Assembly: GCA_965261475.1 (NCBI GenBank)
Contig: OZ253454.1
Location: 543,813-607,812 of the forward strand
Length of the DNA: 64,000 bases
Source: a bacterium
GTDB lineage: Bacteria; SAR324; XYD2-FULL-50-16; G965216635
Reading direction: 5' to 3'
Part shown: positions 1 through 8,511 of the stretch, in pieces
Numbering within the stretch: the first letter of the stretch is position 1
How the letters are laid out: every line of letters starts with the position of its first letter
Position numbers and translations under genes: made by a program
The notes under the pieces: generated by a model
The model's database searches: none
What the model was told of the DNA's origin: nothing
What the model saw: the letters and a program-made list of their open reading frames with translations, nothing else

Positions 1-216
1 GAAAATATTCAGAAAATTTTAGAAGATTGTCATAGCAGTCTAAGCAATGTTATCAAAGTTACTATTTTTTTAAAGAATATAGAGGATTTTCAAACTGTTA
101 ATGAAATTTATGAAGAGTATTTTTCCAAGACACGACCGGCAAGAAGTTGCGTAGAGGTTAGTTGTTTACCAAAAAACGCACAAATAGAAATAGAACTTAT
201 TGCTTATGAAGACTAG
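1..216 (+). CDS. RidA/YjgF-family protein, C-terminal fragment (gene begins upstream of the window)
   Basis: Frame 1 from position 1 reads ...VIKVTIFLKNIEDFQTVNEIYEEYFSKTRPARSCVEVSCLPKNAQIEIELIAYED*. The RPAR..VEV..LP..IEIE C-terminal pattern is typical of RidA (YjgF/TdcF). Stop TAG at 214-216. Confidence 0.6.
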   Translation, partial: ENIQKILEDCHSSLSNVIKVTIFLKNIEDFQTVNEIYEEYFSKTRPARSCVEVSCLPKNAQIEIELIAYED

Positions 217-1654
217 TCTAACATTGTTTTTACTGCTAGCACCTAGCTTTGTTTTAGCAACAGCTCAAAGCGGAGCACAGTTAGCTTTTCCATTAAGTTT
301 AGCTACTTACCAAGATCAAGGTGAGGGTTTAATAGAGATTCTGAGGTCTAGAATTGTGTTTGAGCCTTTTAATATTGTTGTTAGTCTGATTTTTCTATGT
401 GCTATTATTCACGCCCTTTTAGCGAATAAAATTACTCAAATTTCCCGTAGAATTGCCAAGAGACACAAAGCTAAGCATTTCAAAGAAGGTCATAATGTTA
501 GTATTTTATCAGAGTTTTTACATTTTTTTGGCGAAGTGGAAGCTGTTTTTGGTATTTGGGTGTTAGTTTTAGCAGTGTTTTTTATTTTATCTAAAGGATG
601 GCATAGTTTTGTGGATTATATCTCTAATGTTAATTATACAGAGCCAGTTTTTGTAGTAGTAATTATGGCGCTGGCTGCTACCAAACCCATTATTAGTTTT
701 GCTGAAAATAATCTTAAATTTTTTGCATCTTTATTTGGTGGAGGGACAGCTGCTTATTGGTTTTGCATTTTAACTTTAGCGCCTTTGTTGGGTTCATTTA
801 TCACAGAGCCAGCTGCTATGACTATAGCGGCACTTCTTTTAGGTAAACAATTTTACGATAAGAAACCTTCTAGGAATTTTGCTTATGCAACAATAGGTTT
901 GTTATTTGTTAATATTTCTGTAGGTGGTACTCTCACGCATTTTGCTGCTCCCCCTGTCTTGATAGTTGCAAATATTTGGAATTGGGGTAGCATTTACATG
1001 GCAACAAATTTTGGTTGGAAAGCTATACTCGGTATTCTTACTTCGAATATTATTTATTTTCTAATTTTTAGAAAAGAATTTAAAAAAATGAGTGCTGTTT
1101 CTGAAGCAGACATAACAGTAAGAAGTCCTTTTATTATAACTTTGATCCACATTTTATTTATTGTCTGGACTGTATTTACTTCTCATCATATTCCTTTGTT
1201 TACAGGAGGTTTTTTGTTTTTTCTTGCTTTTGCAGTAGCTACTAAAGAATTTCAAGCTGAGATTAATTTAAAATCACCTCTTTTGGTAGGATTTTTTCTC
1301 TCAGGATTAGTGATACACGGAGGTTTACAAGGTTGGTGGTTAGTGCCTATACTTACTAGATTAACGGAAACTCAACTTTTTTTTGGTGCTATGTTACTGA
1401 CAGCTTTTAATGATAATGCGGCTATTACTTATCTTAGTTCTTTAGTTCCTAATTTTGCAGACACTATGAAATATGCAGTTTTAGCTGGTGCTCTCGCAGG
1501 TGGTGGGTTGACTGTAATTGCAAATGCTCCTAATCCTGCAGGACAATCTATTTTAAGTAAATACTTCAAAAATGGCGTATCTCCTGTAGGTTTAATGTTA
1601 GGAGCTATTTTACCAACTCTTGTTGTTTCTTTTTATTTTTTAGTATTTTCTTAA
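206..1654 (+). CDS. Polytopic inner-membrane protein, probable transporter (family not resolved)
   Basis: 482-aa ORF. ATG at 206 is the likely start; the track ORF starts at TTG 200. N-terminal signal-like segment, then at least 10 hydrophobic helices with Gly-rich motifs (GGGLTVIANAPNPAGQ). No soluble domains recognised. Confidence 0.7.
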   Translation: MKTSLTLFLLLAPSFVLATAQSGAQLAFPLSLATYQDQGEGLIEILRSRIVFEPFNIVVSLIFLCAIIHALLANKITQISRRIAKRHKAKHFKEGHNVSILSEFLHFFGEVEAVFGIWVLVLAVFFILSKGWHSFVDYISNVNYTEPVFVVVIMALAATKPIISFAENNLKFFASLFGGGTAAYWFCILTLAPLLGSFITEPAAMTIAALLLGKQFYDKKPSRNFAYATIGLLFVNISVGGTLTHFAAPPVLIVANIWNWGSIYMATNFGWKAILGILTSNIIYFLIFRKEFKKMSAVSEADITVRSPFIITLIHILFIVWTVFTSHHIPLFTGGFLFFLAFAVATKEFQAEINLKSPLLVGFFLSGLVIHGGLQGWWLVPILTRLTETQLFFGAMLLTAFNDNAAITYLSSLVPNFADTMKYAVLAGALAGGGLTVIANAPNPAGQSILSKYFKNGVSPVGLMLGAILPTLVVSFYFLVFS

Positions 1655-1809
1655 AATTTATGAAAAAATTTGAGGTTGACCAAATTAAAAAAATAAGCTA
1701 TCCTTTTTAGGAAGAATTGCTTATCTGGGTTATTTTATTTGATTGTTAAGAAAAATACATTGGTTTGACGTAGCAGTAACTGAGTTTGTTGTGGGAAAAA
1801 GTTGCTTGT

Positions 1810-1881
1810 GCGAGAATAGCTCAGTGGTAGAGCACAACCTTGCCAAGGTTGGGGTCGCGGGTTCAAATCCCGTTTCTCGCT
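1810..1881 (+). tRNA. tRNA-Gly (anticodon GCC)
   Basis: GCGAGAA acceptor stem pairs with TTCTCGC. D-arm AGCTCAGTGGTAGAGC. Anticodon stem CAACC/GGTTG with loop TTGCCAA. T-arm GGTTCAAATCC. Short variable loop. Confidence 0.9.
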
Positions 1882-1890
1882 CATGTATTT

Positions 1891-1961
1891 GGCGACGTAG
1901 CCAAGCGGTCAGGCATGGGTCTGCAAAACCCCGAACGTCGGTTCGAATCCGACCGTCGCCT
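1891..1961 (+). tRNA. tRNA-Cys (anticodon GCA)
   Basis: GGCGACG acceptor pairs with CGTCGCC. Anticodon loop CTGCAAA, as in E. coli tRNA-Cys (TTGCAAA). T-arm GGTTCGAATCC. Discriminator T. Confidence 0.85.
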
Positions 1962-2012
1962 GGTGAGTGTTTAATTTTTTGTATTATTAAGTTCTTACTA
2001 TTAAAAGTTATT

Positions 2013-2288
2013 ATGTTGCAATTTTTACTTGTTATTCATTTGATTATTTCTCTTTTTTTGATACTGATAGTGCTTTTGCAAACAGGCACTGGAGCACAAC
2101 TAGGGGCTGCTTTTGGAGGATCTGGGCAAGTCAATCAAATTAAAACTCCAGAAAATTTTATAGGAAAATTAACTACGATTTTTGCAGTTGTATTTATTGT
2201 TTCTTCTATTTTTCTAGCTATTTTTTCTTCTAATGAAACCTCTGTTTTTAAGGAGCCTGCTCCTGTAGAAACCCAGCAGCAGCAATAA
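2013..2288 (+). CDS. secG: Preprotein translocase subunit SecG
   Basis: MLQFLLVIHLIISLFLILIVLLQTGTGAQLGAAFGGSGQ... is the canonical SecG signature (LLQ.GKG..LG.AFGGG) with two TM helices. The track ORF 1743-2288 is an artefactual 5' extension that runs through both tRNA genes. Confidence 0.9.
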   Translation: MLQFLLVIHLIISLFLILIVLLQTGTGAQLGAAFGGSGQVNQIKTPENFIGKLTTIFAVVFIVSSIFLAIFSSNETSVFKEPAPVETQQQQ

Positions 2289-2332
2289 ACTATTTTTGCA
2301 GTGTAATATATTCGGGGGTGTTTCTTAGTATT

Positions 2333-3064
2333 ATGAAAAAGATTTGTTCTATCTTGTTTTTTTGTTGTTTTCTTTTTCAAGAAGCTATTGCTACTGGTAT
2401 TAGCTATAAACAAGTTATACTCAATGTACTTTATTCTCAAAATAGAGTAGTACAATTTTTTGCTAAATTAAAAACAACTACCTACAATATCCAAGAGGAA
2501 AAATTTACTATAGAAAATACTTACAAACAAGATATTTTGTGGGTAAGAAATGAATTTTTGTCCGTAGAGATTTTTTCTGAAAAAGAACAATTACTATACT
2601 TATCCTTAAATGACTCTCAAAAACAAACTGTCAAAAATTTTGCACAGCATCTCTCTTTTTTTGAGTTAGATGTAGAAAATTTATTTACTGGTTTTTACGC
2701 TAAGACAGAAGCAAAACTTTTAAAATACTACGAGAGCTTGGGAGTTAATTATTTTTATTTTAGTATAGTAGAAGAGGATGGAAAATTTTATTACAAACTA
2801 GGTAAGAATTTTGCTTATGTTCTTTTAAACAAAGAAAATTATAGAACAGAGAAATTAGTGCGCTCTATTTATTATAATGGTAAAAAACTTATTTTGACGG
2901 TAGTATTCAAAGATTGGCATCCTCAAAAAGACAAGGTTCCTCAAGGTATAGAGTACTATCTCAATGGCAAACTTTTTAAACAAGATCGTATATTCTTTTT
3001 ACAGTTTAAGAAACTAGTTCCTATCAGGGACGAGATAAAATTGAAATATGTAAAATATTTTTGA
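2333..3064 (+). CDS. Hypothetical secreted/periplasmic protein
   Basis: ATG at 2333 gives MKKICSILFFCCFLFQEAIA, a classic signal peptide. The track start at 2318 is GTG. No recognisable catalytic motifs. Possibly a LolA-like beta-barrel, judged from size and composition only. Confidence 0.6.
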   Translation: MKKICSILFFCCFLFQEAIATGISYKQVILNVLYSQNRVVQFFAKLKTTTYNIQEEKFTIENTYKQDILWVRNEFLSVEIFSEKEQLLYLSLNDSQKQTVKNFAQHLSFFELDVENLFTGFYAKTEAKLLKYYESLGVNYFYFSIVEEDGKFYYKLGKNFAYVLLNKENYRTEKLVRSIYYNGKKLILTVVFKDWHPQKDKVPQGIEYYLNGKLFKQDRIFFLQFKKLVPIRDEIKLKYVKYF

Positions 3065-3067
3065 TAA

Positions 3068-4042
3068 ATGAAGCAGCTCTTTTTTGTATTTTTGTTTTGT
3101 ATTTTTTACACTAGTATTCTCTTTGGTACTAGTATTTTTGATGGCATTATTGTCACTGTAGGTAAACAAAGTTTGACAAAAAGAGAGCTTGCGTTATCTT
3201 ACAAACAGTTAGCACAAGAGAATTTACTCAAAAATATAGCTGCGCCTAATCAAGAGCAAAGAGCAATGCATTTAAGAGATTTGATTTATGAATTACTTTT
3301 TGTCACAGACGCTAATCAAAATAAAATATTTGTTACTCTCAAAGAAATTAATGCAGCAATAGAAAAATTTAAAGAAAATAACAAGTTCAGTGAAGAAGAT
3401 TTTGCAAAACTACTGGTTACCTTAGGAATGGATTTAAATTACTTTCAAAAACAATTTAGAAATAAAATTTTATCAGAAAAAGTAATTCAAAGCCAAATTG
3501 TACAAAAAATAAACATAGGACAACAAGATATTCAAGAAAGATTTCAAGCACAATATCAAAAACAAGAAACTTTTTATTATTTACAACACATATTTAAAAA
3601 TAATACTTCTGAGCAAACAAAAACAGAGTTAGCAATTATTAGAAAACTTGCTATTGCAAACAAAAATTTTGGAGAAATTGCAGCTAAGCATTCCGAAGAT
3701 GCAGCAACTGCGAGTAATAAAGGTATTTTGCCTGCTTTGAGAAAAAAAGATATGCTTTTAGTAATGGAGCAAGCAGTAATAAATCTGCAAGAAGGTGGAA
3801 TTAGTCTTCCTATACGAATAGCATCTGGCTATCATTTGTTCTACCTAGATCGCATAGAGAGCAAACAAACAGGAGCAAGTCTCACTGAGGTAGAAGATAA
3901 AATTTATCGGGAGCTTTACGCAGAAGAATACAAAAATAGTTTGCAAAAATATATACAAAATTTACAAAATAAATATTTAGTTGTTGTGAAAGATCAATCT
4001 TTAAAGCAAATACTCATAGATTATGCGCATTTTGAATTTTAA
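3068..4042 (+). CDS. SurA/PrsA-like periplasmic peptidyl-prolyl isomerase (parvulin type)
   Basis: Signal peptide, then an N-terminal chaperone-like region and a parvulin block (...AAKHSEDAATASNKGILPAL...LQEGGISLPIRIASGYHLFYL). Lies 4 nt after the previous gene. Confidence 0.7.
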   Translation: MKQLFFVFLFCIFYTSILFGTSIFDGIIVTVGKQSLTKRELALSYKQLAQENLLKNIAAPNQEQRAMHLRDLIYELLFVTDANQNKIFVTLKEINAAIEKFKENNKFSEEDFAKLLVTLGMDLNYFQKQFRNKILSEKVIQSQIVQKINIGQQDIQERFQAQYQKQETFYYLQHIFKNNTSEQTKTELAIIRKLAIANKNFGEIAAKHSEDAATASNKGILPALRKKDMLLVMEQAVINLQEGGISLPIRIASGYHLFYLDRIESKQTGASLTEVEDKIYRELYAEEYKNSLQKYIQNLQNKYLVVVKDQSLKQILIDYAHFEF

Positions 4043-5987
4043 GCAGTATTTTTTGTGTATTTTTTTTTTTGTTACACCAGGTCTTTTTGCACAATCTTTA
4101 CTGAGTGAAACCATTGAAGATATATCTACTACAGATTTTTATCTACATTCCAAACTAGAAAAAATAGCAGAACTTTTGCAAGATAGAGTTGATTTGAAAG
4201 AACAAGATGATTTAGCAAATCAAAAGTTAATTTTACTCCTAGACGCAGCAACTAAACTTTTAGCTAAATCTAAGACTCAAGAAGCACTAGCCCTATTAAG
4301 AAGTTTTTCCACTACTCCTATACAAAAAAATGCTATTTTTGAGTCTTATCTATTTTTGACTTCCTATCTTAGTTTTATTTTAAATCAATACCAAGAAAAC
4401 TATATTTTTAGCAAAAAATACTTAGAGAATTTTGGAGATTATACGGAGTCTTATACTATTTTATATTTTCATCTTTATTCCTCTTTAAAAACAGATCAAG
4501 ATTTTGTGTTTGAATCTGTGCTAAGAAATAAAGATTTTATTTCTCAGGTGCCTGTTATTTTCAATCAACCTATTAGAAGGTTAATTATTAAGTATGCTCA
4601 AGTTAGCAGAAAATATGATTTAGGAATTCAATATATCCTCAAAGAGGAGCAAGAGGCATTGCTTTTAGCAATTATTGCCAAAACCTATGATTCTAGATTA
4701 CTCAAAAAATATAATAAAGTTTTTACAAGTCCAAAAATAAAAAATGAAATTTTTTTTCGTCAAACAGAGTTATTATATTTGAACAAAGATCTAGCACAAG
4801 TAACGCAAAATTTATTGGAAGTGTCTCAAAACCAAGGAAGATATCAAGCAAAATTATTAAAAAAATTTTCTGATTTAGAGAAAAAAATACAAACAAAAAA
4901 GAATCTTATCAAAATAGGGATTTTAATGCCATTTTCTATTTTTAATCCTACCGTCAAAAAGATTGTCTTGCAGATACAAACTAGTATCAATATTTTTTTT
5001 CAAGAGCATCAAGAAGATTATGAGTTTTTATTTGTTGACACAGCCTTAAATCCAGAAACAACAAAAGAGGGCTATAAAAAATTAGTGGATGCAGGCGTGA
5101 TGGCTATTATTGGTCCAATTTCTAGGTTGAACTCTGAGGTTATCTTAGCATCAAGTACCTTCAATCAAATACCTGTGTTTTCTTTAACTACTAACGAAAA
5201 TATAGGAAAGAATTATCCTTATTTTTACCGTTATCAAAGGAATAAATTGAAAGAAAATAGGCTCCTAGCCAATTATGTTGTGGATTATTTGCAAAATACA
5301 AATATTATAGCTTTTTACGATTCAAAAAAAACTTTAGCTAATGTTTTGAGCTTTCAAGATGAATTAAAAAAAAGGGGGATCAATTTAATAACTATAGAAA
5401 AAGTAGAATTTGATAATCTCAATATACAAAATAGTTTTAGGAAAGTTACTGGTATTTATAGGTATCTTAATCGCTATGAAGAAAAAATATACAAAGTTTT
5501 AGAGGAGCAAAATACAACACCTCTAAGAATTGATGCGATTTATTTACCTTTTACTGCAGATAAAATTAACCTGATTAGTTCTTTTTTAGCTTCTTATAAT
5601 CTGCAAGATGTTAATCTACTGACCAATGCAGTAGTTAATACTCCCGATATTTATAATTATTCTTTTCGTAATCTTTATTTTGCTGATAATTTTTATTTTC
5701 AACAAAAAGGAGAATTATTAGCAAAATATACAAGATACCATCGGCTGACTGATGCTGGCACACAGCCACTAATTTATGGGACTATTGTATATGAATTATT
5801 AAAAATGTTAGATGAGATCTTTTATAGGTTTGAAATCAAAAGAGCAGATGATTTAAAATATCGTTTAGATCAAATCAACTCTTTTTCTTTTTTAGAGACT
5901 CCGCTTAACATAGATAAAATAGGGGAGCTCAGTAAGGAATATAATATTTATCGTTTTTCTAGGAACAAAATATTCCCCGTTTTTTAA
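4023..5987 (+). CDS. LppC/LpoA-like periplasmic protein: N-terminal helical/TPR-like region plus C-terminal type-I periplasmic-binding-protein fold
   Basis: 654 aa with signal peptide MRILNFKQYFLCIFFFVTPGLFAQ. The C-terminal half (IGILMPFS...VDAGVMAIIGPISRLNSEVIL...IPVFSLT) resembles the LivK-like domain of penicillin-binding-protein activator LpoA. Overlaps the upstream gene by 20 nt. Confidence 0.5.
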   Translation: MRILNFKQYFLCIFFFVTPGLFAQSLLSETIEDISTTDFYLHSKLEKIAELLQDRVDLKEQDDLANQKLILLLDAATKLLAKSKTQEALALLRSFSTTPIQKNAIFESYLFLTSYLSFILNQYQENYIFSKKYLENFGDYTESYTILYFHLYSSLKTDQDFVFESVLRNKDFISQVPVIFNQPIRRLIIKYAQVSRKYDLGIQYILKEEQEALLLAIIAKTYDSRLLKKYNKVFTSPKIKNEIFFRQTELLYLNKDLAQVTQNLLEVSQNQGRYQAKLLKKFSDLEKKIQTKKNLIKIGILMPFSIFNPTVKKIVLQIQTSINIFFQEHQEDYEFLFVDTALNPETTKEGYKKLVDAGVMAIIGPISRLNSEVILASSTFNQIPVFSLTTNENIGKNYPYFYRYQRNKLKENRLLANYVVDYLQNTNIIAFYDSKKTLANVLSFQDELKKRGINLITIEKVEFDNLNIQNSFRKVTGIYRYLNRYEEKIYKVLEEQNTTPLRIDAIYLPFTADKINLISSFLASYNLQDVNLLTNAVVNTPDIYNYSFRNLYFADNFYFQQKGELLAKYTRYHRLTDAGTQPLIYGTIVYELLKMLDEIFYRFEIKRADDLKYRLDQINSFSFLETPLNIDKIGELSKEYNIYRFSRNKIFPVF

Positions 5988-6171
5988 ATAATTATATTTT
6001 TAATTGTAGCTAATTCTGTCAATGTCAAGGCTAGAGTTCTACAAGTTAAGTATTGCTAGTCTTAAAACTTGGTTTATAATGAGCTTGGATAAATAAAATT
6101 GTATTTTTTTTATAAAGCTGGTTAAATAATTTTTACCTTATAAAAATAACAATTAATTTTTTTTAAAAATT

Positions 6172-7515
6172 ATGAATAATAAAATGATTTATACTCTAAA
6201 GGATAAGCCTCCTTTTCGTTTGGCATTAGTTGGTGCAATACAGCATGTATTGGCTAGTTTTGTGGGGGTCATTACTCCTACCCTAATTATTGGTGGTGTA
6301 TTAGGGCTTGGCAGTGAAATTCCTTATTTAATTAGCATGGCTTTGATAGTATCTGGTGTTGCTACTTTTATTCAAGTCCGTAGAGTAGGTCCTATTGGCT
6401 CGGGGCTACTCAGTATTCAAGGTACTAGCTTTGCTTTTTTGAGCTCTGTGCTAGCAGCAGGATTTATTGCTAAATCTAAAGGTGGAGGACCTAATGAAAT
6501 TATGGCACTTATTGTAGGTGTTTGTTTTTTTGGTGCCTTTATAGAGATTGCATTAAGCCAAGTATTGCCTTATTTAAAAAAAATTGTTAACACCACAGTC
6601 ACTGGCGTTGTTATTCTTACCATTGGGCTCTCTTTAATAAAAGTAGGCATTACAGATTTTGCAGGAGGTGTAGGAAGTGATGATCTAGGAAGTTATAGCA
6701 ACTTATTTTTGGGATTTATAGTTTTAATAGTGATTTTATCGCTTACTTTAGTTAAAAACAATACTCTAAAAATATCTTCTATATTTATAGGCATGCTGGT
6801 AGGTTATATTGTGGCAATTTTTATGGGAAAAGTCAGTTTTGCTGCATTTGGTGCACAAGAATTGATTGCTATACCTATTCCATTTAAATATGGGTTTGCT
6901 TTTGATTTAGCTGCTTTTATACCTATTGCGTTTATTTATTTCATAACAGCTATTGAAAGCATGGGAGACTTGACTGCAACTTCCTTGCTATCTGACGAAC
7001 CTGTAGCAGGTGATGTCTATATGAAAAGAATTAAAGGCGGTATTTTAGGAGATGGAGTAAATTCTTTGATTGCATCTGTGTTTAATACTTTTCCTAACAC
7101 AACGTTTAGTCAAAACAATGGAGTAATACAAATGACGGGTATTGCTAGTCGTTATGTAGGCTATTTTATTGCTGCTATTTTTGTAATTTTAGGGTTGTTT
7201 CCTGTTATTGGAGGAGTAATGCAAACTTTGCCAAAATCTGTTTTAGGAGGAGCAACGATAGTGCTTTTTGGCTCTATTGCTGTTGCAGGAATTAGAATTT
7301 TAGTTACTGAAAAAATAGATAAAAGAAAAGCAATTATTATTGCTACTTCTTTAGGGTTTGGTATAGGTGTTTCTGTTGTTCCTGATATTTTTAATGTTAT
7401 TAAAGAAGCGGGCGTAGTAGGAAAACTGATCTATTCTGTTTTTAGCTCAGCTATTACTACATCTGGCATTACTGCTATTATTTTGAATTTGTTTTTACCA
7501 CAAATTACAGAATAA
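6172..7515 (+). CDS. NCS2-family nucleobase permease (xanthine/uracil/urate permease)
   Basis: 447 aa, about 12 TM, typical NCS2 organisation and motifs (PbuX/UraA/UacT-like). Sits at the head of the urate-catabolism genes. Confidence 0.85.
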   Translation: MNNKMIYTLKDKPPFRLALVGAIQHVLASFVGVITPTLIIGGVLGLGSEIPYLISMALIVSGVATFIQVRRVGPIGSGLLSIQGTSFAFLSSVLAAGFIAKSKGGGPNEIMALIVGVCFFGAFIEIALSQVLPYLKKIVNTTVTGVVILTIGLSLIKVGITDFAGGVGSDDLGSYSNLFLGFIVLIVILSLTLVKNNTLKISSIFIGMLVGYIVAIFMGKVSFAAFGAQELIAIPIPFKYGFAFDLAAFIPIAFIYFITAIESMGDLTATSLLSDEPVAGDVYMKRIKGGILGDGVNSLIASVFNTFPNTTFSQNNGVIQMTGIASRYVGYFIAAIFVILGLFPVIGGVMQTLPKSVLGGATIVLFGSIAVAGIRILVTEKIDKRKAIIIATSLGFGIGVSVVPDIFNVIKEAGVVGKLIYSVFSSAITTSGITAIILNLFLPQITE

Positions 7516-7606
7516 AAGATAGTATAAGTCAATCTTTTTAATTGAACTTAAATTAACTCAAGTCAAATATATTTTTTTTGAGTATTGTTATATTGACTCT
7601 TGTTTG

Positions 7607-7622
7607 TGTATCGCAAGATACA
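7607..7622 (+). promoter_or_regulatory. Inverted repeat with GNRA-type loop (TGTATC-GCAA-GATACA) in the permease-uraD spacer
   Basis: 6-4-6 palindrome 19 nt before the uraD ORF start. A TTGACT hexamer at 7593-7598 sits 8 nt upstream. Candidate operator overlapping a promoter for the uraD-hiuH-puuD-puuE genes, or an RNA hairpin. Confidence 0.35.
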
Positions 7623-7640
7623 AAATAGATAAAAATACAA

Positions 7641-8144
7641 ATGCTACTTTCTTTTAATCAATCTAAAAAAACAGCAATGACAAGGTTTCTTGATTGTTGT
7701 GCTTGTAAAAAATGGGCGCAAAAAATGCTTATCCATTTGCCATTTGCTAGTTTAGATGAGTTATGCGAGGTAGCAGAATCTGAGTGGTTTGCACTAGAGC
7801 AAACAGATTGGCTTGAAGTTTTTAAAACACACCCCCAAATAGGTGAGGTCAAAAGTAGTGCTCAAAAATCGGTTTCTACAACCCATATTAGATGGAGTAG
7901 GGATGAACAAGCGCAGTTAAAACAATCTCATAGGTTAGTGCTCGCTGAGCTAACAAAACTAAATCAAGAATATTTAAAAAAATTTAGTTTTATTTTTATT
8001 GTTTGCGCTACTGGTAAAAACGCCAAAGAAATGCTGAGTATTTTAAAACTCAGATTAAAAAATTCTTATCAAACAGAAATCCAAAATGCTGCTGTGGAGC
8101 AGCATAAAATAACTATAATACGTCTTAAAAAATTGATACTATGA
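7641..8144 (+). CDS. uraD: 2-oxo-4-hydroxy-4-carboxy-5-ureidoimidazoline (OHCU) decarboxylase
   Basis: ...DWLEVFKTHPQIGE... (HPxIG motif) and FIFIVCATGKNAKEMLSILKLRL...ITIIRLKKL match the UraD/PucL family over the full length. The true start may be the internal Met (MTRFLD..., nt 7677). Confidence 0.8.
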   Translation: MLLSFNQSKKTAMTRFLDCCACKKWAQKMLIHLPFASLDELCEVAESEWFALEQTDWLEVFKTHPQIGEVKSSAQKSVSTTHIRWSRDEQAQLKQSHRLVLAELTKLNQEYLKKFSFIFIVCATGKNAKEMLSILKLRLKNSYQTEIQNAAVEQHKITIIRLKKLIL

Positions 8145-8485
8145 GAAGTCAAATTACTACACATATTTTAGATATTGCTGTTGGCAAACCAGCCTCAGGA
8201 GTAAAAGTTATACTCTTTATTAAGCAAGAAGAGTCTTGGAAAGAATTAGCTCATAGTTTTTCTGATATCAATGGAAGAATAGAAGATTTATTGAGTAGTG
8301 ACATTCAAATATTATCTGCTACCTATAAACTAGTATTTTTTCCAGGAGATTATTTTCAAAAGAACAATAGAAAATGTTTTTACCCGAGTATTAGTGTTTG
8401 TTTTGAAATTATAAACACTAAACAACATTACCATATACCTCTACTATTGAGTGGATTTGGCTATAGCACTTATAGGGGTACTTAA
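8141..8485 (+). CDS. hiuH: 5-hydroxyisourate hydrolase (transthyretin-like)
   Basis: ITTHILDIAVGKPASGVKV... N-terminus and the C-terminal YRGT tetrapeptide (YRGS in most HIUases). 114 aa. Start overlaps the uraD stop (ATGA). Confidence 0.85.
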   Translation: MRSQITTHILDIAVGKPASGVKVILFIKQEESWKELAHSFSDINGRIEDLLSSDIQILSATYKLVFFPGDYFQKNNRKCFYPSISVCFEIINTKQHYHIPLLLSGFGYSTYRGT

Positions 8486-8511
8486 CAAGTTTTACAAAGA
8501 AAAACAAAATA

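Noticed and set aside
1743-2012. 5' two-thirds of the 181-aa track ORF
   Set aside because: Overlaps tRNA-Gly and tRNA-Cys on the same strand. The translation is low-complexity and unlike SecG. The real SecG starts at 2013.
2135-2455. Small antisense or overlapping ORFs from the track (also 7658-7852, 8451-8633, 11085-11279, 11389-11698, 12292-12495, 16078-16287, 19114-19419, 22104-22307, 23332-23523, 28019-28210, 30032-30223, 38953-39138, 40604-40795, 40953-41192, 45894-46127, 46787-47011, 50608-50805, 55206-55400, 56946-57179, 59207-59422, 59537-59797)
   Set aside because: Each lies within or opposite a well-supported conserved gene and shows low-complexity translation. Treated as spurious.
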